Below are positions 40,086-50,296 of a stretch of DNA of 64,000 nt, piece after piece. Position numbers and translations under genes: made by a program. How positions within the stretch are numbered: position 1 is the first letter of the stretch; every line of letters begins with the position of its first letter. The notes beneath the pieces are model-generated. The model did not search any database and was not told the DNA's origin. It worked only from the letters and a program-made list of their open reading frames with translations. This DNA is from Coraliomargarita sp. (GTDB lineage: Bacteria; Verrucomicrobiota; Verrucomicrobiia; Opitutales; Coraliomargaritaceae). The stretch covers positions 704,001 through 768,000 of the forward strand of contig OZ244160.1 in NCBI GenBank assembly GCA_965216325.1. Direction: 5' to 3'.

Positions 40086-41501
40086 TTAGAGTGACGTTGG
40101 TGGAGGCAAGCGAGGTGGTGTGTTTGGCGGCACACTTCCGGTTGGCGCGATTGGTGCATCGTTCATGGTCAGAACGATATCGTCGAATTCGATATCGCCA
40201 ATGACCTGAAGGCCCCCGAAGGAGTTGGGTGATGCTTGAACCGTGTGAACTGAATTTCTGTCAGTGCCTGGGACATATTTAGCGCTCTGGATCGTGCTAC
40301 CTGTTTGTGCTTCTGGGATGAAGCGGTAGATGACGTAGCGGCGCTCGATGTCGTCGAACATTTGGAGCATATGCCCGTGTCCTGGTTGAATGCGTGCGCT
40401 GTAGGAGTCTTCAATCTCGAGGAAGTAGGATTCCGGGACATGAATGACTTCCTTGCCGGCATTTGCCAGATAAGGCTTGTAATCACCCGCTGAAGCTAAT
40501 TCGACGCGCTGCACCATTCCCTGCTCGTCGGTATAGCTTGCAATGCCTGTTTGCTCGGGTTCAGAGAAGTAGGTTGGTAGCGTATCAAGCATGTAGACTT
40601 GGAGGGTTCCCGGTACAGATGTCGCATATTCAGCCGTGATTGAGCGCATTTGGGTCGCTTTGCGCAGATCCATGACAATTACCGATTCTTCGTTGGTGGG
40701 GAATTGGTAGTTGGTGGTGGGATCCTCGTCGATGAGAGCAAAGACGCGGTCCATTGTGCCGCCGCTGACGTAGAGGATGCGCGATCCGGTGTGTGCGCCA
40801 CCAAAGTCATAATCGATGATCGGGGACTGTGCGCGTGTCACATCGTCGGATTCGTCTCCCTTGCCAAATTCGATGCTGGCTTGGTTGATGTTGAGTGGTC
40901 CGGTGATGCCGAAATTGCCAATCAGTCCAGTGCCCGAGATGTCGAAGCGAACGAGAACGAAGCGCGTTTCAATCTCGGGGAAGCGTGTAGACGGCATTAC
41001 TCCATCGTGAAATTCCACGGGATTACTCAGTTTTCGCCATTTGTTGCTGCTGGTCGGTTCAAGTGTGTCCGAGGAAAACAGCTGGAAGGAACCACTCGCG
41101 CTTTCGTTGGTGAGGTAGAAGCGCGATATTTGAGTAAATTGCCCCAAATCGACGATGTAATTGTGGGTGCCTTGTCGAATTTCGTAGGTGAGCGCGGAAT
41201 TGTCGCTCAAAAACACTGATTCATCAAAGAAGCCGACGTCTGGGACTTGGATTTGCTGGAATTGCTCATCTTGTTCCAAAACGAGTGATGCTCCCATGTG
41301 CCAACGAGCCAGGTTTTTGGGAATGCGCTCTAAATCGGCTTCGGTCGCATCAGGGACGCGATAGAGGTCAATGTAGGGCGTATTTTTCGCGGAGAGTGAG
41401 CTGGTTGTAGCCAGCATTGCGCATGTTGCCAAAGCTAGGAAACATGCGCCGAGTGAAGTGCCTGATGCTGCACGACTTGGTGACGTGATGGTAGTGCTCA
41501 T
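40086..41501 (-). CDS. Secreted protein with two putative discoidin/jelly-roll-like repeats and a Pro-rich tail
   Basis: Signal peptide, an internal sequence repeat, and C-terminal PPNTPPRLPPPTSL. Confidence 0.75.
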   Translation of the reverse strand: MSTTITSPSRAASGTSLGACFLALATCAMLATTSSLSAKNTPYIDLYRVPDATEADLERIPKNLARWHMGASLVLEQDEQFQQIQVPDVGFFDESVFLSDNSALTYEIRQGTHNYIVDLGQFTQISRFYLTNESASGSFQLFSSDTLEPTSSNKWRKLSNPVEFHDGVMPSTRFPEIETRFVLVRFDISGTGLIGNFGITGPLNINQASIEFGKGDESDDVTRAQSPIIDYDFGGAHTGSRILYVSGGTMDRVFALIDEDPTTNYQFPTNEESVIVMDLRKATQMRSITAEYATSVPGTLQVYMLDTLPTYFSEPEQTGIASYTDEQGMVQRVELASAGDYKPYLANAGKEVIHVPESYFLEIEDSYSARIQPGHGHMLQMFDDIERRYVIYRFIPEAQTGSTIQSAKYVPGTDRNSVHTVQASPNSFGGLQVIGDIEFDDIVLTMNDAPIAPTGSVPPNTPPRLPPPTSL

Positions 41502-41722
41502 CGTATCGATCGGTTATATTTTATGAGTGGAAGGGCGTATTCTTTATCTGAATATTACGTAAGCTCTTGAAATAATGCAACATTTGAATTCCCTTTTAAG
41601 CTAAATTAATGCTTTACGGACGAAGCTGCTCAGCACTATTGTTTAATACTGCTGAAGCTTAATCTACGTTAGAATTCTAGCGGCGTTAAGTGCTAACCAA
41701 AAACTCTACGAATTATATCACG

Positions 41723-43054
41723 ATGAAGCCATTGCTGTCTTCTCTTTTTTCGCGCCGTTCGGTGGCGCGTCGTGGCCTGATTTGGCCCTCAATTTTGCTG
41801 CTTCCGTCAGCATGGCTTGCCGCTGATTTTCGCGACGAATTGTATGAGGTCCCGGATTATGCGCCGTTTATTCTGGATGAGCGTGTCGAGCGCGAGGATT
41901 ACAATTTTAAATACGGTCCACTCATGATTGATGTGATTGGAACCTTTGGGATTGAGTATGACGACAACATCAACACGTCTGAAAACAATGAGATTGATGA
42001 CTGGATTCTCCAACCGGGTGTGTCGTTTGGCCTGAAGTGGCAGATTAACGAGCAGCAGGAGCTGGATTTGAATATCGGCCTGGAGTATTGGTATTATCTG
42101 GATGAATCCGATCTGAATGATTTTGACCAGCAGTTGAATATCACGCCGGACACGGAGCTCTCATTCCGTGTGCTGGTCGGGGATATGGTGTTTCGGGTAT
42201 ATGATCAGATTAATTATACCTCAGACTCTACGGATGCGGTTGTTTTAGATGATATGGGAAATCCGGTAAGCACGGATGCGACAACCTTCTCCCGCTATAC
42301 CAATGTCGTTGGTGTGCAGAGTGAGTGGTATATCACGGAGTATGCCTTCAAGGCGCAAATCAGTCGCAAGGATGTGTGGAGCACGGAAGACGAATTTGAA
42401 TATATCGACCGTCATGAGCACAAGTTTGCGCTAAATATGGAGCGTGACTTTGCCGCCAATTTTATGGCCGGGGTCGGCGCATCGTATGCGGATTTTGAGT
42501 ATGATGAGGATGTCAATGACAGTGGTGATGTCTTTACCATCGGTCCGTATATGGACTGGAGAATTACCGATGTGATTGCTCTCTATGTGGGCGTGGCATG
42601 GAATCGTGCGGACTTCGATGAAGATGGCTTAGTCAGTGATGAAGGCTCTGGCTTCGGTGACGAAGATAAGTATGAGGAGTTTTCTGGGACCGCTCGTCTG
42701 TCGCACACGGTGAATGAAGTCTACAATCATCAATTGGAATTCTACCGTATCCCGCAGATGTCGGATTCGTCCAACTACGAAGAGCTGGACGGTATTCGCT
42801 ACTCCTTCGCGTATAATATCAATTCGCGCATTCGCTTGGATGGGGATGTTGCTTATGAGGAGAGTGATAGTTCTGGTGGTCTTATCGATGATGACGATTA
42901 TGACCGTTGGGTGGCAGGTATTGGCACTGAAGTTGTGCTTGGGCCGCGTCTTACCGGTCGCTTTGCCTATCGTTACATTGACAAAGATTCCGACGCAGAC
43001 TTCCGCAGTTACGAGCGTAATCGCTTTCGTATTCTGTTTGAATATGACTTCTAA
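41723..43054 (+). CDS. Outer-membrane beta-barrel of polysaccharide-export type (VpsM/EpsX-like)
   Basis: Signal peptide, YDDNI motif, amphipathic strands, C-terminal YERNR...EYDF. Precedes wza/wzc. Confidence 0.78.
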   Translation: MKPLLSSLFSRRSVARRGLIWPSILLLPSAWLAADFRDELYEVPDYAPFILDERVEREDYNFKYGPLMIDVIGTFGIEYDDNINTSENNEIDDWILQPGVSFGLKWQINEQQELDLNIGLEYWYYLDESDLNDFDQQLNITPDTELSFRVLVGDMVFRVYDQINYTSDSTDAVVLDDMGNPVSTDATTFSRYTNVVGVQSEWYITEYAFKAQISRKDVWSTEDEFEYIDRHEHKFALNMERDFAANFMAGVGASYADFEYDEDVNDSGDVFTIGPYMDWRITDVIALYVGVAWNRADFDEDGLVSDEGSGFGDEDKYEEFSGTARLSHTVNEVYNHQLEFYRIPQMSDSSNYEELDGIRYSFAYNINSRIRLDGDVAYEESDSSGGLIDDDDYDRWVAGIGTEVVLGPRLTGRFAYRYIDKDSDADFRSYERNRFRILFEYDF

Positions 43055-43072
43055 GCGCTATAAGTCTGCGTG

Positions 43073-44011
43073 ATGTTTTCTTATATTCGACTCATCGCGG
43101 TAGTCTGCGGTCTGTTCTGCGCTAGCTGGATTTCAGTCTATGCTGAGGCTGATTCCTCCGCGGTGGAATCGACTTCAGATGTGGCCGCGAGCCCCAATCA
43201 AATGTCTTTGTTGGACGATGAATGGCAGTTGAAGGTCGGGGATCGTGTGATTTATGAGGTGCTTGAAGAGCAGGAAGATCCGGGGATTCTGATCGTTAAT
43301 GGTAATGGGCAGTTGTTGGTGCCATTGGTTGGGCTCATTCCGGCTGAGGGAAAGACCAGCCGGCAGCTGGCCTATGAGATCAAAAAGGAATTGGAAGTGG
43401 ATTTCTTTTATCGAGCGACTGTGTTGATCTCGCAGCGACAAGAAGATCGAAATCGCGGTCGAGTGGCTATTTTGGGGGAAGTGAATCGCCCAGGCGAGCA
43501 AGTCATTCCTCCTGATTCGCCGCTTAGTCTCACTCAAGCACTCCTTCTGGCGGGAGATTTTACTCTGGAGGCAGATCGTTCGAATGTTACGGTGGTCCGA
43601 GGGGGCACGGGTTCCGAGGAATCTCAGATTGTCGATGTGGATGCCATGCGGCGCAGTGGTGATTTTTCCAGTGATGTCTTAATGCAGGCAGGGGACATGG
43701 TGATTGTTTCACGCTCGGATGAGCTGGAGCGACACGTCTATGTGCTGGGCGCTGTTCAGACACCGGGGCTCTATCCTTTAGTGAGTGAGAAGGTAACACT
43801 CAGTCAGATGATCTTGGTAGCGGACGGTTTTACTCGATTTGCTAAGAAGAACCGTGTGCGTTTAATCAAGACCGACGAAAACGGAGACCAGCAGGAAACT
43901 GAGGTGAATGTTGGTAAGATTCTCGATGGTGGAGCTCGGGACAATGATCCGATTGTCGAGTCTGGAGACATGATCATTGTTGATGAAAAGATGATCAGTT
44001 TTACGGGCTAA
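43073..44011 (+). CDS. Polysaccharide export (OPX/Wza-like) protein with SLBB domains
   Basis: LKVGD...VPLVG.I.A.GKT Poly_export motif, then GEVNRPG and GAVQTPG SLBB repeats. Confidence 0.88.
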   Translation: MFSYIRLIAVVCGLFCASWISVYAEADSSAVESTSDVAASPNQMSLLDDEWQLKVGDRVIYEVLEEQEDPGILIVNGNGQLLVPLVGLIPAEGKTSRQLAYEIKKELEVDFFYRATVLISQRQEDRNRGRVAILGEVNRPGEQVIPPDSPLSLTQALLLAGDFTLEADRSNVTVVRGGTGSEESQIVDVDAMRRSGDFSSDVLMQAGDMVIVSRSDELERHVYVLGAVQTPGLYPLVSEKVTLSQMILVADGFTRFAKKNRVRLIKTDENGDQQETEVNVGKILDGGARDNDPIVESGDMIIVDEKMISFTG

Positions 44012-44046
44012 TTTGACGGCATCGCGATTACTTTTATACGACTCAT

Positions 44047-46230
44047 ATGGACGATCTCTTTCAGGATAAGCCAGATCAAGGCGCAGTGGATTACGCTGAA
44101 GTGATCTACAAATACATTTATCGAACAAAAATTGCACTTCGGGCTTATTGGTGGATTCTTCCAATTGCGCTATTGCTCGGGGTGGCAGCGATGGGCTTGA
44201 AGGCGTATTTTAGTGATGACGTGTTCAAGTCTGAATCGCGAATGATCGTGAACGGCCGGATTTCGTTACCTGATGGTGAAGTATATACAGAGGAGCGGGA
44301 TAACTTTTTCGGCACACAGATCGAGCTGATTCAGAGTGATCTAGTTAAGCACCGAGCGATTGAACGTGTTCGTCTCTCGCACCCTGAGCTGCATGCGGCC
44401 TTAGTGCAAACGCCAGCGTATGATAAGATTGGCTTCAAGTGTCTGGAGGTCGATGCTGACATTAAAGAAGACACGAATGTATTTGATATCTTTGCGTTTG
44501 GTCCGGATCTAGAGCACATCAGCGTGTATCTGGATGCCATCATGGAGGAATACGTAAATCGTCGGCGCGAGATGCGCTCGATGACCTCTGAGAAGTCTTA
44601 TGACTTCATTGTTGGGCAGATGAAGGAACTTGAAGCGGAAATCGCGGCGGGAGAAGATTCTCTGGTCGAGTTTCAGGAGAAGAATAACATTGTCTTTATT
44701 CAGGAGCAGGGTTCTGCGGCCGGCACTTATTTGATTGAGTTAAAGCGCCGACATGCGGAACTGACGACTGAACGTCGAACTCTGGATGCCATTCTGAATG
44801 ACGGAGATGTGGATAGTGTTTTGCTCGATCAGCTCTTAGAGGAATACGGTCAGGTTGGTGAAGGATTGGAGCGTCCCGGGCGCTCAACTGAGACACTCTC
44901 GACGATTTTCGGCACCAAAGAAGACAATCAGCGCTATATGAATAGCAAGGAGCAGGTTGCCCTATTGGAAGCACAGTTGGAGGAGTTTTCGATCTACTTA
45001 AAGCCCAAGCACCCTAAAATTATTGGCTTCAAGACCGCAATTGAGCGGAAAGAGAATCAGTTGGCCATCCAGCGCAAGCAAACCCTCCAGCGTGTCGAGG
45101 AGCGGCGTCGCGTCGTTGAAAGTAAAATTTCCAGCCTCGATAAAGAGATTGAAATTTGGGAGGATAGTGCCTTGGAGAATGGGCGTTTAATTGCTGAATT
45201 TGAGCGCTTAAAGTCGCGTCTGGATCGGTCCAAAGAGGCCTACGAGCGAAATCAAGAGTCGTTGCGGGCAATTGATAGCAACCAGGACAATCAGTATGAG
45301 AGTGTCAGTGTGTTTGAGCAGGCGAGTAGTGGAGTTCCTGCGAATAGTGGGATGCCGAAGCAGTTAGTTATTGGTGGCATCTTAGGCTTAGGTTTTGGAG
45401 TCTTTTTGATTGGTGGTCTTGCGTCTTTTGACAATCGTATCATCTCTGCGAATGATCTGGAGGAGCACTTTGATTATCCTTTGCTCGGCGCGATCCCATT
45501 TGAGGGAGAGTCTGAAGATAGTGAAAAGGTCCTGCTACAGAAAGATGATGTGCGCTATGTGTTCGCCGAGGCGTGTCGCAATCTGCGCACCTCGGTGCTC
45601 TTCGTCGGTGAAGGGGGATTTCAACCTCGAACCTTTGCGGTGACGAGTGCGATTCCGTCGGAAGGTAAGTCCACTGTGTCAGCAAATCTGGCAGTTGCGC
45701 TCTCATTTTCACATTCGAAGGTGCTGATTATCGATGCCGATTTACGTCGAGGTCGTTTACATCATTTGTTTAAATGCTCACGGGAAAAGGGCCTGATGCA
45801 CTTACTGCAAGGTGAGGCAAGCTTTGAGGAGGTAGTCCAGAAAACGAACTATGACTATCTGGATATCATCTCGATCGGGGGCTATCCCCAGCATCCAGCG
45901 GAGTTGCTGATGAGCAAGCATATGGATACCCTGATTGAGGAGGCTCAGGCTAAATACGATTTTATAATCTTTGATACAGCTCCGATCCTCGCGACCGATG
46001 ACACGACGAGTTTTGCGAGCAAGCTAGATACAGTTCTGTTTGCAATTCGCTCGCAGCATACACAAGTGCGTCAGATCAAGCCGGCAATTGGCCGTTTGAG
46101 TGAGCGTAATATCCGTGTGTCGGGCCTGATTCTAAATTTTGTAGACCTGACTCAACCGGGATACTATTACTATCGTTATTCAGAGTATTACTCAGATTCC
46201 GGTAAGCGGGATGAACTCGTGGCGAAGTAA
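44047..46230 (+). CDS. wzc: Polysaccharide co-polymerase/tyrosine autokinase (Wzc-like)
   Basis: Two TM helices, coiled coil, EACRNLRT, PSEGKS, IDADLRR, FDTAP and a C-terminal YYYYRYSEYY cluster. Confidence 0.92.
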   Translation: MDDLFQDKPDQGAVDYAEVIYKYIYRTKIALRAYWWILPIALLLGVAAMGLKAYFSDDVFKSESRMIVNGRISLPDGEVYTEERDNFFGTQIELIQSDLVKHRAIERVRLSHPELHAALVQTPAYDKIGFKCLEVDADIKEDTNVFDIFAFGPDLEHISVYLDAIMEEYVNRRREMRSMTSEKSYDFIVGQMKELEAEIAAGEDSLVEFQEKNNIVFIQEQGSAAGTYLIELKRRHAELTTERRTLDAILNDGDVDSVLLDQLLEEYGQVGEGLERPGRSTETLSTIFGTKEDNQRYMNSKEQVALLEAQLEEFSIYLKPKHPKIIGFKTAIERKENQLAIQRKQTLQRVEERRRVVESKISSLDKEIEIWEDSALENGRLIAEFERLKSRLDRSKEAYERNQESLRAIDSNQDNQYESVSVFEQASSGVPANSGMPKQLVIGGILGLGFGVFLIGGLASFDNRIISANDLEEHFDYPLLGAIPFEGESEDSEKVLLQKDDVRYVFAEACRNLRTSVLFVGEGGFQPRTFAVTSAIPSEGKSTVSANLAVALSFSHSKVLIIDADLRRGRLHHLFKCSREKGLMHLLQGEASFEEVVQKTNYDYLDIISIGGYPQHPAELLMSKHMDTLIEEAQAKYDFIIFDTAPILATDDTTSFASKLDTVLFAIRSQHTQVRQIKPAIGRLSERNIRVSGLILNFVDLTQPGYYYYRYSEYYSDSGKRDELVAK

Positions 46231-46264
46231 GGTAGTGGTATAAAGCGAGGTATTAGAATCGGGT

Positions 46265-48811
46265 ATGCAGCATCGAAGAGGAGGGCGTGGACGCCGTGGC
46301 TCAAGTAGTCGTAGAGGGCCAGTCGGGCCACATAAAGCAAGGTCGCCACATCCGCCCCACCGAAAATCCTCTCGGCGCAGTGCTAGTGGGCGGTCGAGTC
46401 AGTCTACGAGTTCTAAACGAGTTTCGTCGTCGTTTGCAGCACCAACTGCCTCACGAGCCTCTATGGCGACACGTGAAATTGGAGTCATTCGTGAACGCCC
46501 TGTGTTCGGGATCTCGCTTATTGGTGTGCTCTGTGTCCTGTTGCTCGTGTTGAGCGGTGGTGGGCATAATCCGCTTGCTTTTGGTGTGGCTGCGCTGGCC
46601 CCCGGGCTCTTACTCCTGATGCGTCCCCCGCAGACTGGCTTCGGTCGTGGCATACGTGTGAGTGCTTTGGCTTTCCTTGCATGTATGTGTTTGGCTTTTA
46701 TTCCACAGTTCTATTGGCCAAATGCTGACTGGAAGGGCACTGCGGTTGATACTTACGGCATCGATTTGCCGTGGATGCTGAGCATTCAGCCGCGAATCAG
46801 TTTGGAGGGCTGCATTCTGCTAGTGGCTGGCTTTGCTTGGTTTACCACGCTCGCGAACTCGCGCTTGAATGGAGCAGGACTGAAATGGACATTGTTCGCG
46901 TTCTCTTCAGTTGCCCTCGTGCTTGCTGGTGTTTCTGTCTATGGAAACCTCAACGACATGCGCTACGTCATGGCGGAGGAAGCGCAGATTTTCAGTTTCT
47001 TTCCGAACCGTAATCAGAATGCGAATTTCTTGTCGATTGCGGGCGTCGTCAGTTTTGGCTTCGCCTTGGAGGGGCTACGGCAGAAACGTTCGTTGCACAT
47101 GATCGGCTTTGTTGCCTCGGGCTTGTGCTTATTTGCGCTGATTTTGGGGCTCTCACGTGCAGGTATGTTTTTCTACTTTGTGGGAATTGCGATGATACTG
47201 ATCATTCAGTATACCAAGCTGAAGTCCGGCTTCTACCTAAAGTTTGGTATTCCCTTTGTATTACTGGCGTTTCTCGGTGCGTTGATTTCCCGCGAGCGTT
47301 CGTTTGATCGCCTAGTGAGTTTCCTGTCGACGCCCGCAGAAATGTTTAGTGATTATCGGATGCAGGTGTTTCGAGATGCTTGGGCGATGTTTCTGGAAGC
47401 GCCTGTGACCGGTGTTGGGATGGGCAATTTCGCTGCCATTTTTCCACAATACCGAGATGCATCCATTTCTTCGCAGGCGGTGATCCATCCTGAGAGCGAC
47501 CTGTTGTGGTTGCTGGCCGAAGGCGGGCTATTGGCGGTGGTTTCCTTGGTCGTAGTCTTGTTTCTTGTTGGGCGTTTATGTTTGTCCAAGCGAAGTGGTC
47601 GCGGAGTGAGTTATCGACCAGTGTTATTTGTGGCGCTACTCATGTTTGGCTTACATTCACTGGTAGATGTCTCTGCACACCGTCCAGGCACTGTTTACTT
47701 GGCCTTGTTACTCGCAGCTTTGGCCGTCCCGCGCAGTCGTTTACAGGTGAGTGCTTTGCGGCCGCTGTGGTGGCGATCTCTCGGAGCTGTGTTATCGATT
47801 GTCGGTGTTTTATGGATCGGTTCGTATGCTTTTGGGTGGAGAATCCATTCGTCAGCACTAGCCGATGTGCATGGTGAGCAGGTCGATGGTTACATTAAGG
47901 GGCAGGATTATATGCGGGCGAATGCGCTGTTGAGCAAGCAACTCAAGCAGCGTCCTTTGGATTGGAGGCTCTACTATCAACGTGCTCAGTTAGAGCTGGC
48001 TGACCTCGGGGATCGCAAGGCAGCGGCGGAAAGTTTTCGCGCGGCTCGTTTTGTGCAGCCGAACTTTGCGCTGGTATGCGTTGAAGAGGGCTTTGCTTGG
48101 TTGCCGTATGACCTGTCCCGTGCGGTGGCTGCCTGGCGAGAAAGCCTCTTTCGTGTATCGAATGATCATATGAAGGACTTCGACCGTATGGTGCGAGCGG
48201 GCCGTAAGAATCCTCTGTTGCTGGACCGCTTAGCACTGCTTTCAGAGCTGGAGCCTGAGTATCGAGTCCATTTTCTTGGGCAACTGAAAGCCTCTCAATT
48301 TGATAAAGAACTCACTAGGGAGTTGGGCAGCGATCCAGATCTTAGCAGCTACACGAAGCAACAGCGCAGCGAATTACTGAAATTGTGGATTAATCACTCC
48401 GACCTTGAGGCAGCTGAAGCATTTATAGTGAAGCATGAAACCGATTTGAGCCGGCCTTGGCAGTTGTGGGCGGAACTTCGTAAGTCTCAGGCTCGATTCA
48501 AGGAGGCCGTGGAGATTGTTCGCGAGTCGGTTACAGCACCAGTCATTCCTGAGGTTGAGTTTGAAGAGGCTGAGTTAGCGGTAATCGAGCGTGGCTTCGC
48601 AGTGGTTCCGAGTGATTTGTCGAAGGGAACCGGCCTACTGAAGTATTATTTGCGTGTTGGCGACCTCGAGAAGGCGCTACTTGTTGCCGATAAAATGGCA
48701 GAGCTGAATGATGCGCCTACTTTTGCTCTCTATTGGAAAGCAGAAGTGCTCTATCAGATGGAAGACTATATTGAGAGCTGGTATGTTTTTGATACGTATA
48801 TGGAACGTTGA
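46265..48811 (+). CDS. O-antigen ligase/Wzy_C family membrane protein with C-terminal helical (TPR-like) region
   Basis: FPNRN, LSRAG, GVGMGNF, HPESD...LAEGG and HSLVD motifs. The N-terminus is Arg/Ser-rich and the start is uncertain. Confidence 0.85.
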   Translation: MQHRRGGRGRRGSSSRRGPVGPHKARSPHPPHRKSSRRSASGRSSQSTSSKRVSSSFAAPTASRASMATREIGVIRERPVFGISLIGVLCVLLLVLSGGGHNPLAFGVAALAPGLLLLMRPPQTGFGRGIRVSALAFLACMCLAFIPQFYWPNADWKGTAVDTYGIDLPWMLSIQPRISLEGCILLVAGFAWFTTLANSRLNGAGLKWTLFAFSSVALVLAGVSVYGNLNDMRYVMAEEAQIFSFFPNRNQNANFLSIAGVVSFGFALEGLRQKRSLHMIGFVASGLCLFALILGLSRAGMFFYFVGIAMILIIQYTKLKSGFYLKFGIPFVLLAFLGALISRERSFDRLVSFLSTPAEMFSDYRMQVFRDAWAMFLEAPVTGVGMGNFAAIFPQYRDASISSQAVIHPESDLLWLLAEGGLLAVVSLVVVLFLVGRLCLSKRSGRGVSYRPVLFVALLMFGLHSLVDVSAHRPGTVYLALLLAALAVPRSRLQVSALRPLWWRSLGAVLSIVGVLWIGSYAFGWRIHSSALADVHGEQVDGYIKGQDYMRANALLSKQLKQRPLDWRLYYQRAQLELADLGDRKAAAESFRAARFVQPNFALVCVEEGFAWLPYDLSRAVAAWRESLFRVSNDHMKDFDRMVRAGRKNPLLLDRLALLSELEPEYRVHFLGQLKASQFDKELTRELGSDPDLSSYTKQQRSELLKLWINHSDLEAAEAFIVKHETDLSRPWQLWAELRKSQARFKEAVEIVRESVTAPVIPEVEFEEAELAVIERGFAVVPSDLSKGTGLLKYYLRVGDLEKALLVADKMAELNDAPTFALYWKAEVLYQMEDYIESWYVFDTYMER

Positions 48812-48864
48812 TTTTTTGCAGATTTAAGAGATAACTCTTCTGACACGTTCACTCCCGACACCCC

Positions 48865-49434
48865 ATGAAAATCCTGATTGCTGAAGATGATATGATCTCG
48901 CGTAAGCTGCTGCGGACAACGCTTAAGCAGTTTGGCTACGATGTGATCGTCCATGATAATGGAGCGGATGCCTGGGAAGCCTTCGATGCGGACCCGGTCC
49001 GAGTGGTGGTGAGTGATTGGCTGATGCCAGGGCTGGATGGTTTGGAGTTCTGCAGGCGTGTGCGTCAGCGTCCGAATACTGAATATACCTATTTCATCTT
49101 GCTAACCGCAAATGCGCAGGGGAAGGATCAATATATGGAAGCGATGCAGGCGGGCATTGATGATTTCCTCGCGAAACCGATGGACCGTGACCAGATCTGG
49201 ATGCGTTTACGTGTCGCTGAGCGAATACTTCGCTATACTAAAGAGATCAGTGATCTCGAGAGTATGCTGCCAATTTGCTCTTACTGTAAGAAGGTGCGCG
49301 ATGATAATAATTACTGGCAGCAGGTAGAGACTTACATCACTCGTCACACGGGAACCAGCTTTAGCCACAGTGTTTGCCCGTCGTGTTATGACAGCGTCGT
49401 GAAGCCGCAGTTGGAGCAGTTGAAGCAGTCGTAA
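48865..49434 (+). CDS. Response regulator with C-terminal Cys/His-rich domain
   Basis: Receiver motifs IAEDD, DWLMP, LLTA and KP, followed by LPICSYCKKVRDD...SHSVCPSC. Confidence 0.9.
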   Translation: MKILIAEDDMISRKLLRTTLKQFGYDVIVHDNGADAWEAFDADPVRVVVSDWLMPGLDGLEFCRRVRQRPNTEYTYFILLTANAQGKDQYMEAMQAGIDDFLAKPMDRDQIWMRLRVAERILRYTKEISDLESMLPICSYCKKVRDDNNYWQQVETYITRHTGTSFSHSVCPSCYDSVVKPQLEQLKQS

Positions 49435-49507
49435 TTTTGTTGCGCTAGCTGTGAATCTCTCGCGGTTTAAGTTGAATCCGTGAGCAAAAGGATTCTATCT
49501 AGACCGT

Positions 49508-50296
49508 ATGTCGATTCATCCTACTGCGATTATCTCTGAAGGCGCCGTTTTAGGCGAAGGTTGTGAAGTTGGTCCATACTCTATTATTGAGGATGGCGTT
49601 GTGTTGGGGCGTAGCTGCCGCCTTGCTGCGAATGTGATTATCCGTGAAGGCACGAAGATCGGTGATGCGGTAACGGTAGATTCCTTTGCGGTTATTGGAG
49701 GAGATCCCCAATCGATCGGCTTTGATACCACGATTGAAAGTGGTGTTGTGATCGGTAACGACGTTGTTATCCGCGAGGGCGTTACCATTAATCGCCCAAT
49801 CAACGAGGGCGCGAACACCATTATTGGTGATAGTTGTTTCCTCATGGCGCAATCGCATGTCGCGCACGATTGTCAGCTCGGAGAGTCAGTGGTGCTGGCA
49901 AACAATGTCATGCTGGCGGGGCACATTACAATTGGTGAGAAGACCTTTGTGGGCGGTGGTGCTGGTATTCACCAGTTCTGCCGTATTGGCCCATACTGTA
50001 TGATTGCGGGTAATGCATCGATCACTGCGGACGTGCCTCCCTATGTCATGGCTGCAGAGCGCAGTGAGGCGCATGGTTTGAACCTTGTGGGGCTCCGTCG
50101 CAATGGCTTTGAGCGTAATGAAATTGCGGATCTGAAGCGCTGCTATCGTGCCGTGCTGTTTGGCGGCGGTAATACGAAGAAGAAGGCGTCTGAAGCCGCG
50201 CGTGAGCATGAGTTTGGCACCACGGCTCCGGGGGCCCGCTTCTTGAGCTTTTTCGAGCACGGCAACCGTGGCTTCATTCAATCGACGAATGAGTAA
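49508..50296 (+). CDS. lpxA: Acyl-ACP--UDP-GlcNAc O-acyltransferase
   Basis: IHPTA, hexapeptide repeats, HVAHDC, LAGH, IHQF, DVPPY and GLN.VGLRR. Confidence 0.88.
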   Translation: MSIHPTAIISEGAVLGEGCEVGPYSIIEDGVVLGRSCRLAANVIIREGTKIGDAVTVDSFAVIGGDPQSIGFDTTIESGVVIGNDVVIREGVTINRPINEGANTIIGDSCFLMAQSHVAHDCQLGESVVLANNVMLAGHITIGEKTFVGGGAGIHQFCRIGPYCMIAGNASITADVPPYVMAAERSEAHGLNLVGLRRNGFERNEIADLKRCYRAVLFGGGNTKKKASEAAREHEFGTTAPGARFLSFFEHGNRGFIQSTNE

